Positions 38,061 to 51,678 of a stretch of 64,000 bases of DNA are shown here, piece by piece. How positions within the stretch are numbered: position 1 is the stretch's first letter; each line of letters begins with the position of its first letter. A program made the position numbers and the translations under genes. The DNA is from Cycas panzhihuaensis (lineage: Eukaryota > Plantae > Cycadophyta). The DNA lies in NCBI GenBank assembly GCA_023213395.1, contig CM041465.1, positions 200,453,741 to 200,517,740 on the forward strand. The letters are read 5' to 3'. The notes below the pieces were generated by a model that saw only the letters and a program-made list of their open reading frames with translations, made no database searches and was not told the DNA's origin.

Positions 38061-38100
<40 letters not shown>
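38061..38100. repeat. (AT)20 microsatellite
   Basis: Direct read. Confidence 0.97.
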
Positions 38101-38102
<2 letters not shown>

Positions 38103-39478
38103 TTCTTGAACCATTATAAACTTGTATTAAAGAAGTAATCAAATTCAATCCTCTTCTTCTAAAGAACATATTTGGCTTTCAATTTAAGTTTTCGTAAGTT
38201 GTTTATGTTATATTTGGTTAGTTCATGAATTATTTCTCAAATATCTATGCTAACCTTCAATTGTTTGGGTAGTAAGTGGCAATAGATTTAGTGATCCTTA
38301 AGCATAAAAAAATTCATTATAGGCATCTAGTCTCATAGTTGTTACTTAGTAACTCATTTTGAAGCCCATTTTGAGTTATTTCCATGCGTATCCTAATAAT
38401 GGGGAGTCGATGTCTTTGCCATCCAACCGCTAAAAGCTCTCAAGTGGCATTTTTACCAACAATAACTTACAAAATTTAAATTGCAACTTAGTGCTCATTC
38501 TATTGGAATATTACTTAATGTGGGCATTTTGACATTATCCCATTGCTCCTTTACAGGTCCACATAACCTATAAAGCCTTACTACATCTTAATTTAACTTA
38601 CATGGAGGAGGAACTAAGATAAAAGACTCAAATGTAAATAAAATAAAATCACTGCATTGTCTAACTTCAGTGGTAGATTTTGGGGAATATAGTGACTCTA
38701 AAATTAACATGGCATTAGATTTGCGATTTTATGTGTTCTTCGATAGTGCCAAGCTTTCTCTACAAATCCACATTATTCCATAATTAAAACGATATCTGGA
38801 ATCAAACCAAAATTTAAGCACATAACTTCTAGGTATTATGGCATTTCAAAACAATAAGTTATTTTTGTCAATTTTTTTTTTTTATGTTTTAAAAAATCTA
38901 AATTTAATTGGATAAAATTTTGAGATCTAAGTTTTAGCCCCCTTCTTGATAATTCATGCTCACATGGATGAAAGAAGGCATACCAATTTCTAATTTATAG
39001 AGGTTAGTTTTTTTAACACTTCAAGATACATTCTATTCTATTTTCAAACTCTCTCCCATTTGGAAGTGGTCATATGAGAAAAAATCATTAATTTTATTGT
39101 TGAAATGAGAAGAATATCCTCTCTACTCAACATTTAAATTTTTTGAACTGAATACAAGTATAAAAGTGCAGATTATTTAAGTGTATTGTTAGTAACTGTC
39201 ACACTCTCATGACCTTAAAGTTGGCTTGGCCAAATTATTTGATTAATAAGTATTTATAAACATTCATTCTATTTCATTTTTGTGGATCCTTTTACTCTGT
39301 TTAATTAATTGGGGATTACACTTGCTTAGGGCACTTAAGCTTAATTCTATTTTTGTTATCTAGAGTCCATTGTATTTAGTATTTTAGAGCCCCTGGGTAT
39401 GGTTTTAGTAGTGTTGAAGGTAGTTTTTAATACATTGGGTAATTGGGTGCTTCCTTTATTTATCCACTCTCTTGGGTA

Positions 39479-39665
39479 TGTAAGATTGAAGCTACAATGA
39501 CAGATGAAGAATACTTGATGATCTTATTGAGAGTATATGAGTATATATATACAATCAGGGTTTATAACCCTCTTGAACCACTTTGTAACTGATATATAAC
39601 ATAATGACACATGTTATTGACACGTGTCATTAATATACAAAAGGATTAGACATTATATTCTAACA
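39479..39665 (-). repeat. 3' LTR of Copia D (187 bp)
   Basis: About 17 substitutions (mostly transitions) and 2 small indels versus 44832-45017. Confidence 0.96.
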
Positions 39666-42600
39666 TCCCTTCTTAATGTCATATCCTTTTCCTTCATACC
39701 AATCTTATCTTTGAGGTACATGAACTTCTCCTTAGGAAGAGGTTTTGTGAAGATGTTAGCTAATTATCTTGAACTTGGATAATAGGATAATTTGACTTCC
39801 CCTGTGTCTACTTTCTCTTAGATGAAGTGATGATGAACTTTAATATGTTTCATTCGAGCATGAAAAATCAGGTTCTTCATCATTTGAATGGTGCTGTGAT
39901 TATCACAGTTGATTATGATTGCAACCTTTTGAGAAAATTATAGTTCATCCAAAGGATGTCTTAGCCAGATAACCTCACAAGAGGATTGAACTATTCCCTA
40001 GTATTTTGCTTCGAATGTAGATAATGATATAGTGGACTGTTTCTTCATTCTCCAAGACACAATATTGTTTCCTAGGTCAAAATAGTATCCAGAGGTAGAT
40101 TTTTAACTGTTAGTGTCTCCTGCCCGATCCGAGTCTGTATACCCAGTTAATAGATTTGATCCTTGATTACTGTAGTAAATATCATATGTCTTTGATCCTT
40201 GTAGGTAATGAAGAATATGCTTGACTGCTTTTCAATGTGATACCTTTGGGGCAAACATGTACCTTGAGATTAGCCCTACTGCAAATATAATGTTTGGTCT
40301 AGTTGAAGTGAGATATATGAGATTTCCAACTAGTTTCCTGTAATGAGTTTCATTTACTAGTTCCCCATCAAGATCAGTAGTGAGCTTGGTTTTAAGGCAT
40401 ATAGGTATGAGAGATGGTTTGCAGTTCGTCATACCGAAGTCTTCTAATATGTGTGTTGTATACTTACTTTGATGTATGAAGATTCCACCCTTTAGCTTAT
40501 GAATTTCTATTCCTAGGTAGTAGTGGATTTCTCCCAAATCTATCATTTTAAAGGTTTTGGATAATTGAAGTCACAAATAGTTGATCCAATTGGTATTACT
40601 ACCAGTGAGTATTAGATCATCTACATACAATACAAAAATGATGACTTTGTCATTCTTGTCAGCGTGAATGTAAAGGCCAAAGCTAGCTTCTGATCACTTC
40701 ATTCTAAGACTTTGCAGGTAGGAGTCCATCTTTGTATACCAAGCCTTAGGAGCCTATTTTAGTCTATAAAGATCCTTGTTAAGTTCACAGACAAGGTGTT
40801 CCTATCTTTGTGTGATGTATCCTGGTGGTTGTTCCATGTATACTTCCTCATGAAGATCTCTATTTAGAAAAGCTCATTTGGTATCTATTTGATACATTGG
40901 CCAATTATTTTGTATAACTAGGGCAATTACTACCCTAATGGTTGTCAATTTATTGACAGGAGTAAACATTTTATCATAATCTATTCCTTGAGTTTAAGAA
41001 TAGCCTTTTGCAATAAGTCGAGCCTTATACTTTTCAATTGATCCATCAGATTTTTCTTTGATTTTATACAACCATCTACATCCAATGATGGGTTTTCCTT
41101 AAGGAGGAGTAGTAAGTTCTCAGGTTTTATTATTGTAGATTGATTCCATTTCTTCATTTATTACTTCTTCCTAACGAGGATCATTTTGGGCTTGTTGATA
41201 TAATATATCATGTTGAGTAGTAAGCCTGTGATGCGTTTGACTTCTAGTTATTTTCCCTTCTTGAATGAGATCTAGATTTACTCTAGATTCTTTTATTGCT
41301 TTTAGGTACCATTTTGGCACCCTTTTTTGTGAGGGATTTTGTGGTTGAATTGAGTTGTTGATAGCCTCATTTTATTTAGATGAGTAGGATCCTTCATCAG
41401 AGACACTTGTAGTGACAATCGGTGGTGGTATATTTTCTGTTCCTTATTATTTAATAAGGAACAGAATATGTACCACCACCGAGTGAGATTGAGTCCAACT
41501 TGGTATGATGATGTCAATTAATTGAGTAGGTATAGTTTTTCCATCAACTTGGTCTTCACCAGTTGATTTGTCAAAGTGCACATCCCTACTAGGATAGATC
41601 TTATTGGTTAGAGGATCTAAGTATGAATATGCTTTGGATACTTTACAGTATCCCACAAGAATACACCTTCAGCTTTTATCATCTAATTTCTTTCTCTTTT
41701 CAATAGGAATGTGCATGTAGACAATTGATCCAAAGACTCAAAGGTGTGAGACATCTAGTTTTTGACCCAACCATGCTTCTTTAGGGGTTATATTCTGCAG
41801 ACCTTTAGTTAGACTTCTATTGAGAAGGTATACGATTGTATTTGCTGCTTCAGCCTAATATTTGTTGTTTACCCCTTTTTATTTTAGCAAGGAATGAGTC
41901 ATCTTTGTTATGGTCATATTTTTTCTCTCAGCCACTCCATTGGATTGTGGAGTGTGGGGACTTGTAAATTATCTTCGTATACCATTTTTCTTGCAGTATT
42001 CTGTGAATTCATTGGATGTGAATTCTCCACCATTGTTGGTCCTCAAGCATTTGATGTTGCATTCACTTTCTTTTTCAACTTTGGCTTTGAATTTAAGAAG
42101 GGTATCAAATACATCAGATTTTAATTTAAGAAAATAAATCCAGATCTTTCTAGTATAATCGTCTATGAAGGTCAAATAGTAGCATGCCTCTTGCAAGGAT
42201 GAGGGAGTAAATGGACTGCATAGATCACTGTGAATTAGTTATAGTTTGCAATGTGATCTGGTAGTGTTGGTAGAGAATTGTAGTTTATGTTGTTTGCCCA
42301 TCATGCATGTGTTACAAATAGAGCTAGATTTTTTAATCCATGGAAGGCCACACACCATATCATATTTGCTTAATAAGGATAAAGCATCATAAGATAAATG
42401 ACCATAGCACAAATGCCAAAGTTTTCCATTATCAACATTTTTAGTTACATGAAGGGCAACATGAACTGGTGTGATAAGGAATTTATACAATCCATTGATT
42501 TTAATGCCCTCACTAATTACTTTGTTCCCTTTGTATTTATTAAAAATAATACATCCATCACCATCAAATAGAACCTAGAGCTTATAGTATATTAGTTGAG

Positions 42601-44831
42601 ATATAAATAATAGGTTTTTTTTCATCCCTGATATATAGATCACACAACCAACATTTTAGTGTTTCTATCTAGTAAGGTAAAAGGCATTGTTCCATGTCCT
42701 TGTATTAGATGGGTGGTATCATCTCTAAGTTCGACTGAGCCGCAATTTTGAGAAGGGCTTATGATGCTAAACCAAACTTACTTGTGGATCATATGTCTAG
42801 AAGATCTAGAGTCTATAAATCAATCATCATGATTTTTGTTCTTTACTACTAAGGAAAGAGTTGTTACAAATGTAGTTTCTTCTTCTTCTTTAATTGACTC
42901 CTTTATGCCAGGTTGTCCTGAGTAGCTACCTGAAGCTATGATTCCCCTTTCTATGTTAGCTTTGCAATGACGACAATCAGTGGTGTAGTGACCAATTTTT
43001 CTACAATAATAGTAGATGATTTGGTAACTAAGTCGTCCTCTCGAGTACTGGATGGGGTGAGTGCGAGGAGAAGATCGTCCTCTACTAGGAGTATAGTTTG
43101 TAGGTCATCTTCTCCCTCAGTCTGATCTATGAAAAACTCCTCTATTAGTGGTGCCCCTACCTCGTATACTCACTCTGGATGAAAATACATTTTCTAATTC
43201 ATTTTTGAGATTAGTTTCAATCTGCTCATGATGTAGAAGTTGGTCACAAATAATAGTGAATGAGGGTTGTGCAATTTCTACAGTTAACTTGTAAGATGTA
43301 ATGAAGTTTTGGAATCAGGTAGGAAGTTTGTGTATAATAAGATTAATGAGGTCATGATCTGAATAACTCACTCCAACTGACATCAGGTTTTTATAAAGTA
43401 GCTTGAATCGTCCAAGAAAGGAGGTGAAGTCTTCTGATTCAAACATCCTTAGGGTATCCATTTGGCTTTTGAGTTCCATGACATGAGTTGTATTTTTTTG
43501 AGTATATAAGGTCTTCAATATAGTCTAGGCTTCATGAGGAGTGGTGGTGTTGACTATATAAGGTAAGATAGAGTCTGCGACTGATAAAGTTATGGAGGCA
43601 AGTGTAAGACCTTTTTATTCCATGTGTACCTTCTTTTCAGCAACATCTACAGGCTCAGGTTTGATGCTCTCTGTCTAGTCTCATGCACCCTAAGCCACTA
43701 GTATGGATCTTATCTTAGTCTTCCATGATTTATAGTTATCACTTATGATCCTTTTAGACTTAAGAAGTCTAAGAGAGGAAGTCATAAGAAGGTGAATAAT
43801 TCTATTAAGTCTAGACACAAGATTACTTGGACTCGTAGGTTTGTTAATAAACCTCCAATGGAGATTCGAGATAGGTAGCTTCGTGGCGCTAACTGCTAAC
43901 CACTATATTACGAGGCTTTAGCAGTCAATCGAGCTCCCTAATCTAGGTTGATCTCAAGGTAGGGTCCTCCTATATACCTTTCGATGTGTATAGGCTTAAA
44001 TTTGTGAGCAAGTTTTATCTCAAGCCTGGGTATTAGGTCCTTTTGGTTTCCCTCACTTCACACGATGATTCCAAACTCCCAATATGCTTAGACAAGAATG
44101 ATAGACCCAATGCGATTTTTATAAACCCCTGGAACAGGGTCTCTAAGGTTGGGAACGGGTATCTGCCAAGTAGTGTTATCTACTCATGGGAGAATAAGAA
44201 GGTAAGTGCAATAAATATATCTCCCTTTATATTTTTTTAAGAACTGAAAGAGACTAGAATACTCAGTCAAAATAAGAAAATGCAACAAGGAGGTTTTTTT
44301 AGTGCTTTCCTAAGATAAAAGACTACTACTTATAGCCATACAGGTGGTGGTATTATGCAATAAATGAGGCAAAAAAATAACTTTCTTAAAATTCTTTAAA
44401 GGATGTGTTAAAAGAACAACCTTGATGTGTAGATTCCTGATCTATAACTATTTTTTTGAATGGACCTTTTAGTGAGGAGAAAAAGCGAGATGAAACTCTA
44501 ATGGGCAACTAGGGTTTTTTCACGATTTTGTTGATTTCTTCCAGATCTGAAGGAGAAGGCCTTCAAGTCATATATCAATGGAAAGCTTATGCCAAGGGCT
44601 TTCTATTGATATGAGGGTTTTCTAATATAGATGTCTGTATAGTAAGAAACGAGTAAAAAACTCCAATGGTGACTGTACAACTTTGAGCAGTCTTGAGGTG
44701 CCTCTCCAAGTGAAATTTTATTAAATTTTAAGAAATTTATTTTTGACCGTACTAGTGTATGGACCTGTCTATACAGTCATACGAAAATGCTTCTCTAAAT
44801 AAGATCTAAGCCTAACCTTGCTCTGATACCA

Positions 44832-45017
44832 TGTAGGATTGAAGTTATAATGGCAAATGAAAAATACTTCATCTTATTGAGAGTATATGAGTATATATAT
44901 ATATAATTAGGGTTTATAACCCTCTAGAACTACTTTGTAACCGATACATAGCATAATGACATATGTTATTGACACATGTCATTAATATATAAAAGGATTA
45001 GACATTATATTCTAACA
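44832..45017 (-). repeat. 5' LTR of Copia D (186 bp)
   Basis: Adjacent to the PBS and followed by the TSD. Confidence 0.96.
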
Positions 45018-46656
45018 GGGTACGGCTCCATTCTTGGGCATCCCTTCTTTGTGTTGCAGTATACCAAAATAGAAATGAGTATTGTTTATTTATTTATTTA
45101 CTTGATTAGGTAGAGTAAAGACCTACAAAGGTCATTAGGATATTTTTATAAGTAGAAAGAATACTGATTTTTATGTAAGAGAATTGGTCATTGAAGGAGC
45201 CACTGTTTACTTGTTGTGAGCATCTAACACATAAGAGTTTGTAGAGATTGTACTAAATTTGAACCAACCATTAAAGGATCCACCATTACTTATTGTGAGC
45301 TTTTAACATGTAAGAGTTTATATTAAATTTAAGTTATAGAAATGTGTAAGGAGAGTTGTTTCTATTTTATAACTTTAGTATTGGTTGTAGAATTATGTTG
45401 TGAAGGATAATATGCCTATTAAATTGTATTCCCCTCAAATTTATCACCAAATTCACCTCATAGTTATCATCAATACACACATATACTACCATTAGAAAGA
45501 GCAATAATGTTTTTAGATTTAGGCATATTAATTTTACCCTAAGTTCAAGAAACCAATTAAATTTGGTAAATATTGAAGTTTTCCCCTTTAATGATAGCTA
45601 ATGGTTATATGAATAGCTCATGTGATTTGTAGCCCAAAGGAAAATAGGCTAATTTTTTATTTTCATCAAGATTTTTTTAATAGTTTAATGTTATTATTTT
45701 GGCCATAACTTTGGTTACAGGTCTTAGAAATTAGATCCATCTAAGGCATTATAATCCTAACTAGAAACAACTTTCAAAAATGTGGTTGTAAAATCATATT
45801 AGATTTAATTTATGATATGATTTTAAGGTCAAAATCATACAATAAGTTTTGAAAGTATTAGAGCTTTCATTAAGAATCCATAAATATGTAATCATATAAT
45901 AAGTGTAGGAGAAGGATGGTATAACCTAAAGGTGATTATGAATTGAGAACATAATTACTCAACATCAAATAATTGCTTAACTACTTGATATAAGACATTG
46001 AAAAAAATAAGAGGGAAAAGGATTCGACAACATCATAAGGATAGTGGAAATCTCTCATTAGAAATATAATACATGTTAGAGTACTTTGATGAAGGATAAT
46101 CATAAATATTCTATTACAATATAATATTACACACTTATTTTGTAAGTAGAGAAGTAAATGTAGATGAATAGTTAGTTAAGTTGGTAAATTCATTCATGTC
46201 ACTTGGTATAAGAAAGCCCTTTGAATAAGTGTGAAAATACATATAGGCAACTCATTGAAGAAAAGAAAACCATAAAATTATTAGATGTAATATCTAATTA
46301 TATTCTAACCCCATTCACACCCTCTTATATATTCATGTATTATTATATTCATGGCTACCTTTCCATATGTGCCATCTTGAAAGGTATGGTAGCACATAAT
46401 GGTTGACCTTTGAGGATTCTCAAATGTTGTGAGATATTATATAAGTATGTACATTATGTTTTTTATAATTTAAAGCATGGTTAATCTTCCACCATATATT
46501 GTGCTCATCTTTATACATACTCATCTATATTGTGCTTCATTCCTTATCTTATACTCACTACATTCTTTATTCTTTGTACTTATTGGGTTCACTTATATTA
46601 CTTCATATCTTAATCCATCTTTATGGTATCATAATTATACCATAAATCCAACATTG

Positions 46657-46668
46657 TGGCATTAGAGC
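46657..46668 (+). promoter_or_regulatory. PBS-like site after a probable LTR end (orphan)
   Basis: ...CCAACA-TTG-TGGCATTAGAGC. No gag was recognised downstream. Confidence 0.55.
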
Positions 46669-48988
46669 TTAAGGTTCAATCCCTTGGGAGAATATATTAG
46701 AACCTAATATTTAGAATTTTTTAGAGTCTTTCTTACTATGATAGGAATTTACTTTTAATGCCTATTTTGACCTATCAAAATATCATTTTTAAAAGAGTTT
46801 ATCAAGTTATTTTAAGGGTTATATTTTGATGTATTTTTATGCATATTTAGGGGTTGATTCATTACTATTTTTATAAGATATTTATGGTTTTTTATTACAA
46901 CTTTTGAAACTATTTTTAAAGTTGTTGGTGAGGTTTTAAAGTAGATTTTAAAGTGCAAAGAGGTCATTACTTAAGTTACAGAAATGAATAGCTAATGGAA
47001 AGCAAATAACAATTTTTTTAATGTTGAGAAGGTGTTTTCTAGTGACCTATTTCTTAGTACATGCTGCTAGCCATCACAACATTTGCATTTGGGTCTTTAT
47101 GGAGGTTATAAAAGTACTTTTTTAAATCTATTTTTATTGTGTGAAATTAAAGCAAATGGGCCACATTTATGAGACTCATCACCCTACAAAAGTAACCAAT
47201 CTACTACTCAAAAAAAAAAAAAAAGGTGATTTTATTACTGGTTTTAAGCCTCATTTTAGAATCAATTGTGAGTGTCACTTTATAAGGATTCACTACCAAA
47301 ATGTAAGCCATTGGAAATTTTCTACTAATACATTTTGTATGCAATTATTTAAGAGGCTTGAAGATGCCTTATTTCTCCTCTGAAATTTGTTGTTTGATGC
47401 ATACATGAGTGGCCTAAAATGCCCTCCTCTCTTGTGAAATGTACTAAAAAGATTTATACGTATATATCTCAAAATAAAGAAGAAGAAAAATATTATGGTT
47501 TTATTTTAGAATTGTTTAAGTATTGTACTATGAATAAAATGCTTTATATGCAAAGGAAGTAAAGAAAAAAAGAAGGTGGGATGCCTAACCAAAGCTATAG
47601 AGGAAGATCTATCTGTAGATATTTTGAGTGATTTACACAAATAAAATCATTAATAAAGGGTAATGGTGATACCTGGATGAAAGATAAAGTAGATTCCTCT
47701 ATAAGGCTTAATGTTTTAAGAAGATAGATAAAAGGTAGTTATAGTGCTCGTAGAATTAAATGAAACTAGAGTAGTATATCAAGTCTATGCATCTTCCTTG
47801 TTTGGAAGTCTCAAGGGTTTATGGGTTTTTCTGTGTACTAAAGTATCTATAGTATATTTTTGTTGAAATCCATTGGTGTGCTTTATTTCTAGTCATTACA
47901 TGTGGTTTTGTTGTATGTGAGTTTTTGTTTAATTGTAGTCAAAGGCACAAATGAAAGGACCATGAGCATAGTCATTGTCACCTTGTAGATGTAATAGAAA
48001 AGAAAGAATACCTCTTGGTAGAGGTTGACTATCTATTTAAGCTAATACCTGAGATACCCATGAAACCCTCACTCAAAAAGATGATGGAACATAAAAGGAG
48101 AGTTGTGCATTACTTGTAAAAAAAATGGGTCACACAAATACCAACTTCACTGCCATATCCATATTTTTACATAGGCAAAAGCACACATGCAAAGAAAAAA
48201 ATTTAGAAACGTGTAAAGAGAAATGAAGAATGCCATTTTCACCATCATCGTAGGAAGCACTCTACATAATGCATTGAATAAATTGAGACAAACTAATTTT
48301 TCTTGGTAGATATTTAATATACATAAAAAAATTATATTTGAAAAACTAAATTAAATTATATTTTATTATTTTTCAAATGTGCACGAATGTCAAAATTCTA
48401 TTAGGTAGATTCAATTTTTTTTGTAAACTCAAAAATTGATTTAACTAGATTTCATAACATTTAAAATCCTTTGAAGCCCCTTTGTTGGTTAGCCCTTAGT
48501 CATATGGTACATGCATATGACTTCAAGTTTAATGCAAAAGTGTCTAAGCCCATGTTTTTAGCACTCTACATTTTTTTCAAGGAGTTATGCTCACTCTTTT
48601 AGCTATATCTTGAGCATACAAAGTCATATTTTATATATGAAGGTTACATTGGAATCGTAACTCAATGCTCTCTAATTTGATAGGTCACATGAGCTATTTT
48701 AGAGATGATTTGATAGAGAAAACTTAGTCTAAAGTGATTTTTAGAAAAAACTTTTTAATGACATTTCATCATGTTTAGGTACATTCATACATTTTTAAAG
48801 GTTCCAAATCATTTGATCATTATTATATTGATGTAATACACCCTAAATAAGGGGTTAAAATGTAAAATTATTAGATAGGCTCTAAAGAACCCATATTTGT
48901 CAAACACTTATTAAAATTTATCATTGGAGAGAGTCATTATATGTTATATTTGATTTACATTCTTATTTTTATGTCATATTTTATGTAA

Positions 48989-49514
48989 TGTTAGACATTT
49001 ATAGCCCATAGTGGAAATTTGTAGCCCATTAAGGCATGTTTAATCCCATAGAGATATTTGTAAATCCATGAGGTAAATTTGAGCCCACAGAGACATTATA
49101 TGAAGCCATAGTATCCTTTTATATTATATTTCTAGTCATTGATGCCAAAGAGTTACTCTCATTGTCCCATATATTAGAATAATACCCATATTGGGGCTTG
49201 TATCTACCTTGGGTTGATTAGTCATATTAGGGTGATAATCTAAATTGGCAAAGATATTATGGTGGTACTATGTCAAATCTTAGCCATGTTATGTCAGATC
49301 TTGGCAACATCATATCCAATGTTTGTCAATGCTAGTCAACAGTGGACTTTGGGTGGTGTGCTACATCCTGCCCAAGTCCTACTTATTTATTCATGGGGTC
49401 TGGAGACCTTGATATTCATCAACACCACCACTCTGATGGGGTTGATGGTTATCTCCTTTTTGCATTCTCATTCTATTCTCTCTATCTCTTGATTCTATCA
49501 TTTGGTATCAGAGC
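48989..49514 (+). repeat. LTR with ~20-bp subrepeats followed by a perfect PBS
   Basis: TGTTAG at 48989, six degenerate GACATTTRTAGCCCATAG-like units (48994-49112), a CT-rich end ...CTATCA at 49500, and TGGTATCAGAGC at 49503-49514. May be the 5' LTR of element E. Confidence 0.75.
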
Positions 49515-51678
49515 TACATTCAGGTATTTAGAGTCATCTTCCTTATTTACAAAAGTTATTATTTATAGCCAAGTTAGATAAGTTATTGAGGAATCTTAGT
49601 CAAAGCTACAAAAGAGTCTTATAAGGAGTTTATCATACTTTTGGTATATCTATATGATTTTTATTAACTGTTTACTTATATGTATCCATTACCAATCTCC
49701 ATTATACCTGCGTCAACTCACCTAACATTTTACATTTATAATATTTTCATAAGTATATTATATAATAATTTTGGTTGATTTATATATCTAGGTTTTCTTT
49801 GTGGAAGAAGCATCATCTTACATGTTCAGGCCTCTTAGTTTATGTTCATATATCTCCATGTGTCTTCCTACTTCATGCGTTTGTAAATTTCCCCATTTAG
49901 GTGGCCCTTGGCCAAGTTACATAATGAGTGTCATATTATAATTGTATTTATTATGAACAATATATGTGAATTCTAAGTGATTAGAGTCTTTGTTATTCAA
50001 CAGCTTACATTATCTCTATTTTTATGCTTAGGGCTTATTGAGAATTATATAGATATGATTCTCATCTCCATCCTCACACTTACAACATTAATACACTTAG
50101 TGGATATATAGTCTCATCATGATATCCATGTCTAACCCTATGCATGTTGTGCATCTATTGCATATTTAATTGCTCTGAGTCTGAAGCTTCTTGCAGTTTT
50201 GCATCCCCACACCCAATAGTCTTTAGTTTTTATGCTTTAGCCTAGCATAATTATGTATGCAAAATTAAGTAAATGTTGAATAGATAGCGTAAATGTCTAT
50301 GGTCCAAAGTCTACTGAACAAATATCAATTTATTTTTATCTTGTTTTGTGCCTATATTACTTTATGTATTGCATTGGATTTATTACATAAACATTCATGC
50401 AGAATTTTGATCTATATAGACTTCATTACAGTCGTGCCCATTTTATCATCACAATATTCAACCTTTAAAATATTTAATCACATTAATGTGATTCTTTATG
50501 TCCTTATAAAAATCAGATTTGCGTCACTTTTTTGCTAGTTGCATGATTCTTTTTTGACAATTGTTATGCACTTAATTATATCATATTTTTTGATACTTTC
50601 TTTCATGGCCATAACATTATATAGAGTATTAACACACATCTTATGCCTTTGATATTACTCTTACTAGGGAATATTTATGTCTATTCCTTGCTAAAAGTAT
50701 TTATGCATTTGACTACATTTGACTCGATTGATGACCATTATTTAATATCATACAGGCTCATGTTTATACTTCACCTAAGATTCAATTGTATCCCCTTCAT
50801 TCATTGTCAAAGTTGGATTTCAGATCTACTTGTATTACCTACCCCAATCATTTGACAAGTTTTTTTAGATGTGTGACATTCTCTAAGTTTTTAAGTGAAT
50901 TATTTAAAGACATCATCATTTGTGTTTGGATAGGCCTATATCTTTATTCATCTTGTGAATATCACCAAGTATTAACAGTCTACAAGTTACATAGTTATAT
51001 TCAAGTGACTAGCAGTTATTTTCAAAAGGGGCTAAGTCATGTTCAAAGAGGCTATTTAAAAATTAGCACCCGTCTATACTCTAGTAGCCATATCTATCAG
51101 CAACAAAGTTGGATTTTAGTTTTATCAACTTTAGAATAATGTACACTTCCACCTAAATAAAAAGAGTGGTCACACGACCATATTTGGTTTTTATTTAATA
51201 TACTTTTTAATGGTTGAAATTAATGTAAAATTTCTTTAAGCCTTATGTGCTAAAAGGCTATTTTTTCCTTAGATATTTCAATATATAACTTGGTAATATT
51301 ATGTCAAAATTGAGTTTCATCTAAAGCACTGAACTCTTTTTTTAGTTCTTTATTAAGTGGACAATATTTTAAAATTTTTTGAAGCCATTTAATATAACCT
51401 TTTTGATGACCAAAGTTAGCACTAATTTTAGGTTTCCTACACAGTGAACCTTATATAAACTAACCAAATTTCACTTTATAACTTTCATTAATACAAAAAA
51501 ATTACTTTGGAAGTGGTTGAGTCCTAATTGGGATATTTATCTATGTTCTAAAGTTGAAATGGGATAAGTCTTAATTGCCTTTGAGCGTCTTTTATTACAT
51601 TCTTTTAGTTCTTTGTCAACACTTTCTTTCAAATACCTTACTTTTTAATCAATTATGTTTTAAAGTAATTTTCTGATT

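Larger units (their letters stand above)
39479..45017 (-). mobile_element. Full-length Ty1/Copia element D (5539 bp), TSD GGGTA
   Basis: LTRs at 39479-39665 and 44832-45017 (TGTA...TAACA). TSD GGGTA at 39474-39478 and 45018-45022. Perfect PBS at 44820-44831 and PPT at 39666-39676. Gag ATG 43785 (MTSSLRLL...NYKSWKTKIRSIL), integrase DDYTRKIW/NNGGEF, RT VLYVDDLI and MIDLGEIHYYLGIE, RNase H ANIFTKPL. Confidence 0.97.

Noticed and set aside
39280-45470. Possible older solo LTR forming the target site of element D
   Set aside because: The composition is LTR-like, but no termini, PBS or TSD could be fixed.
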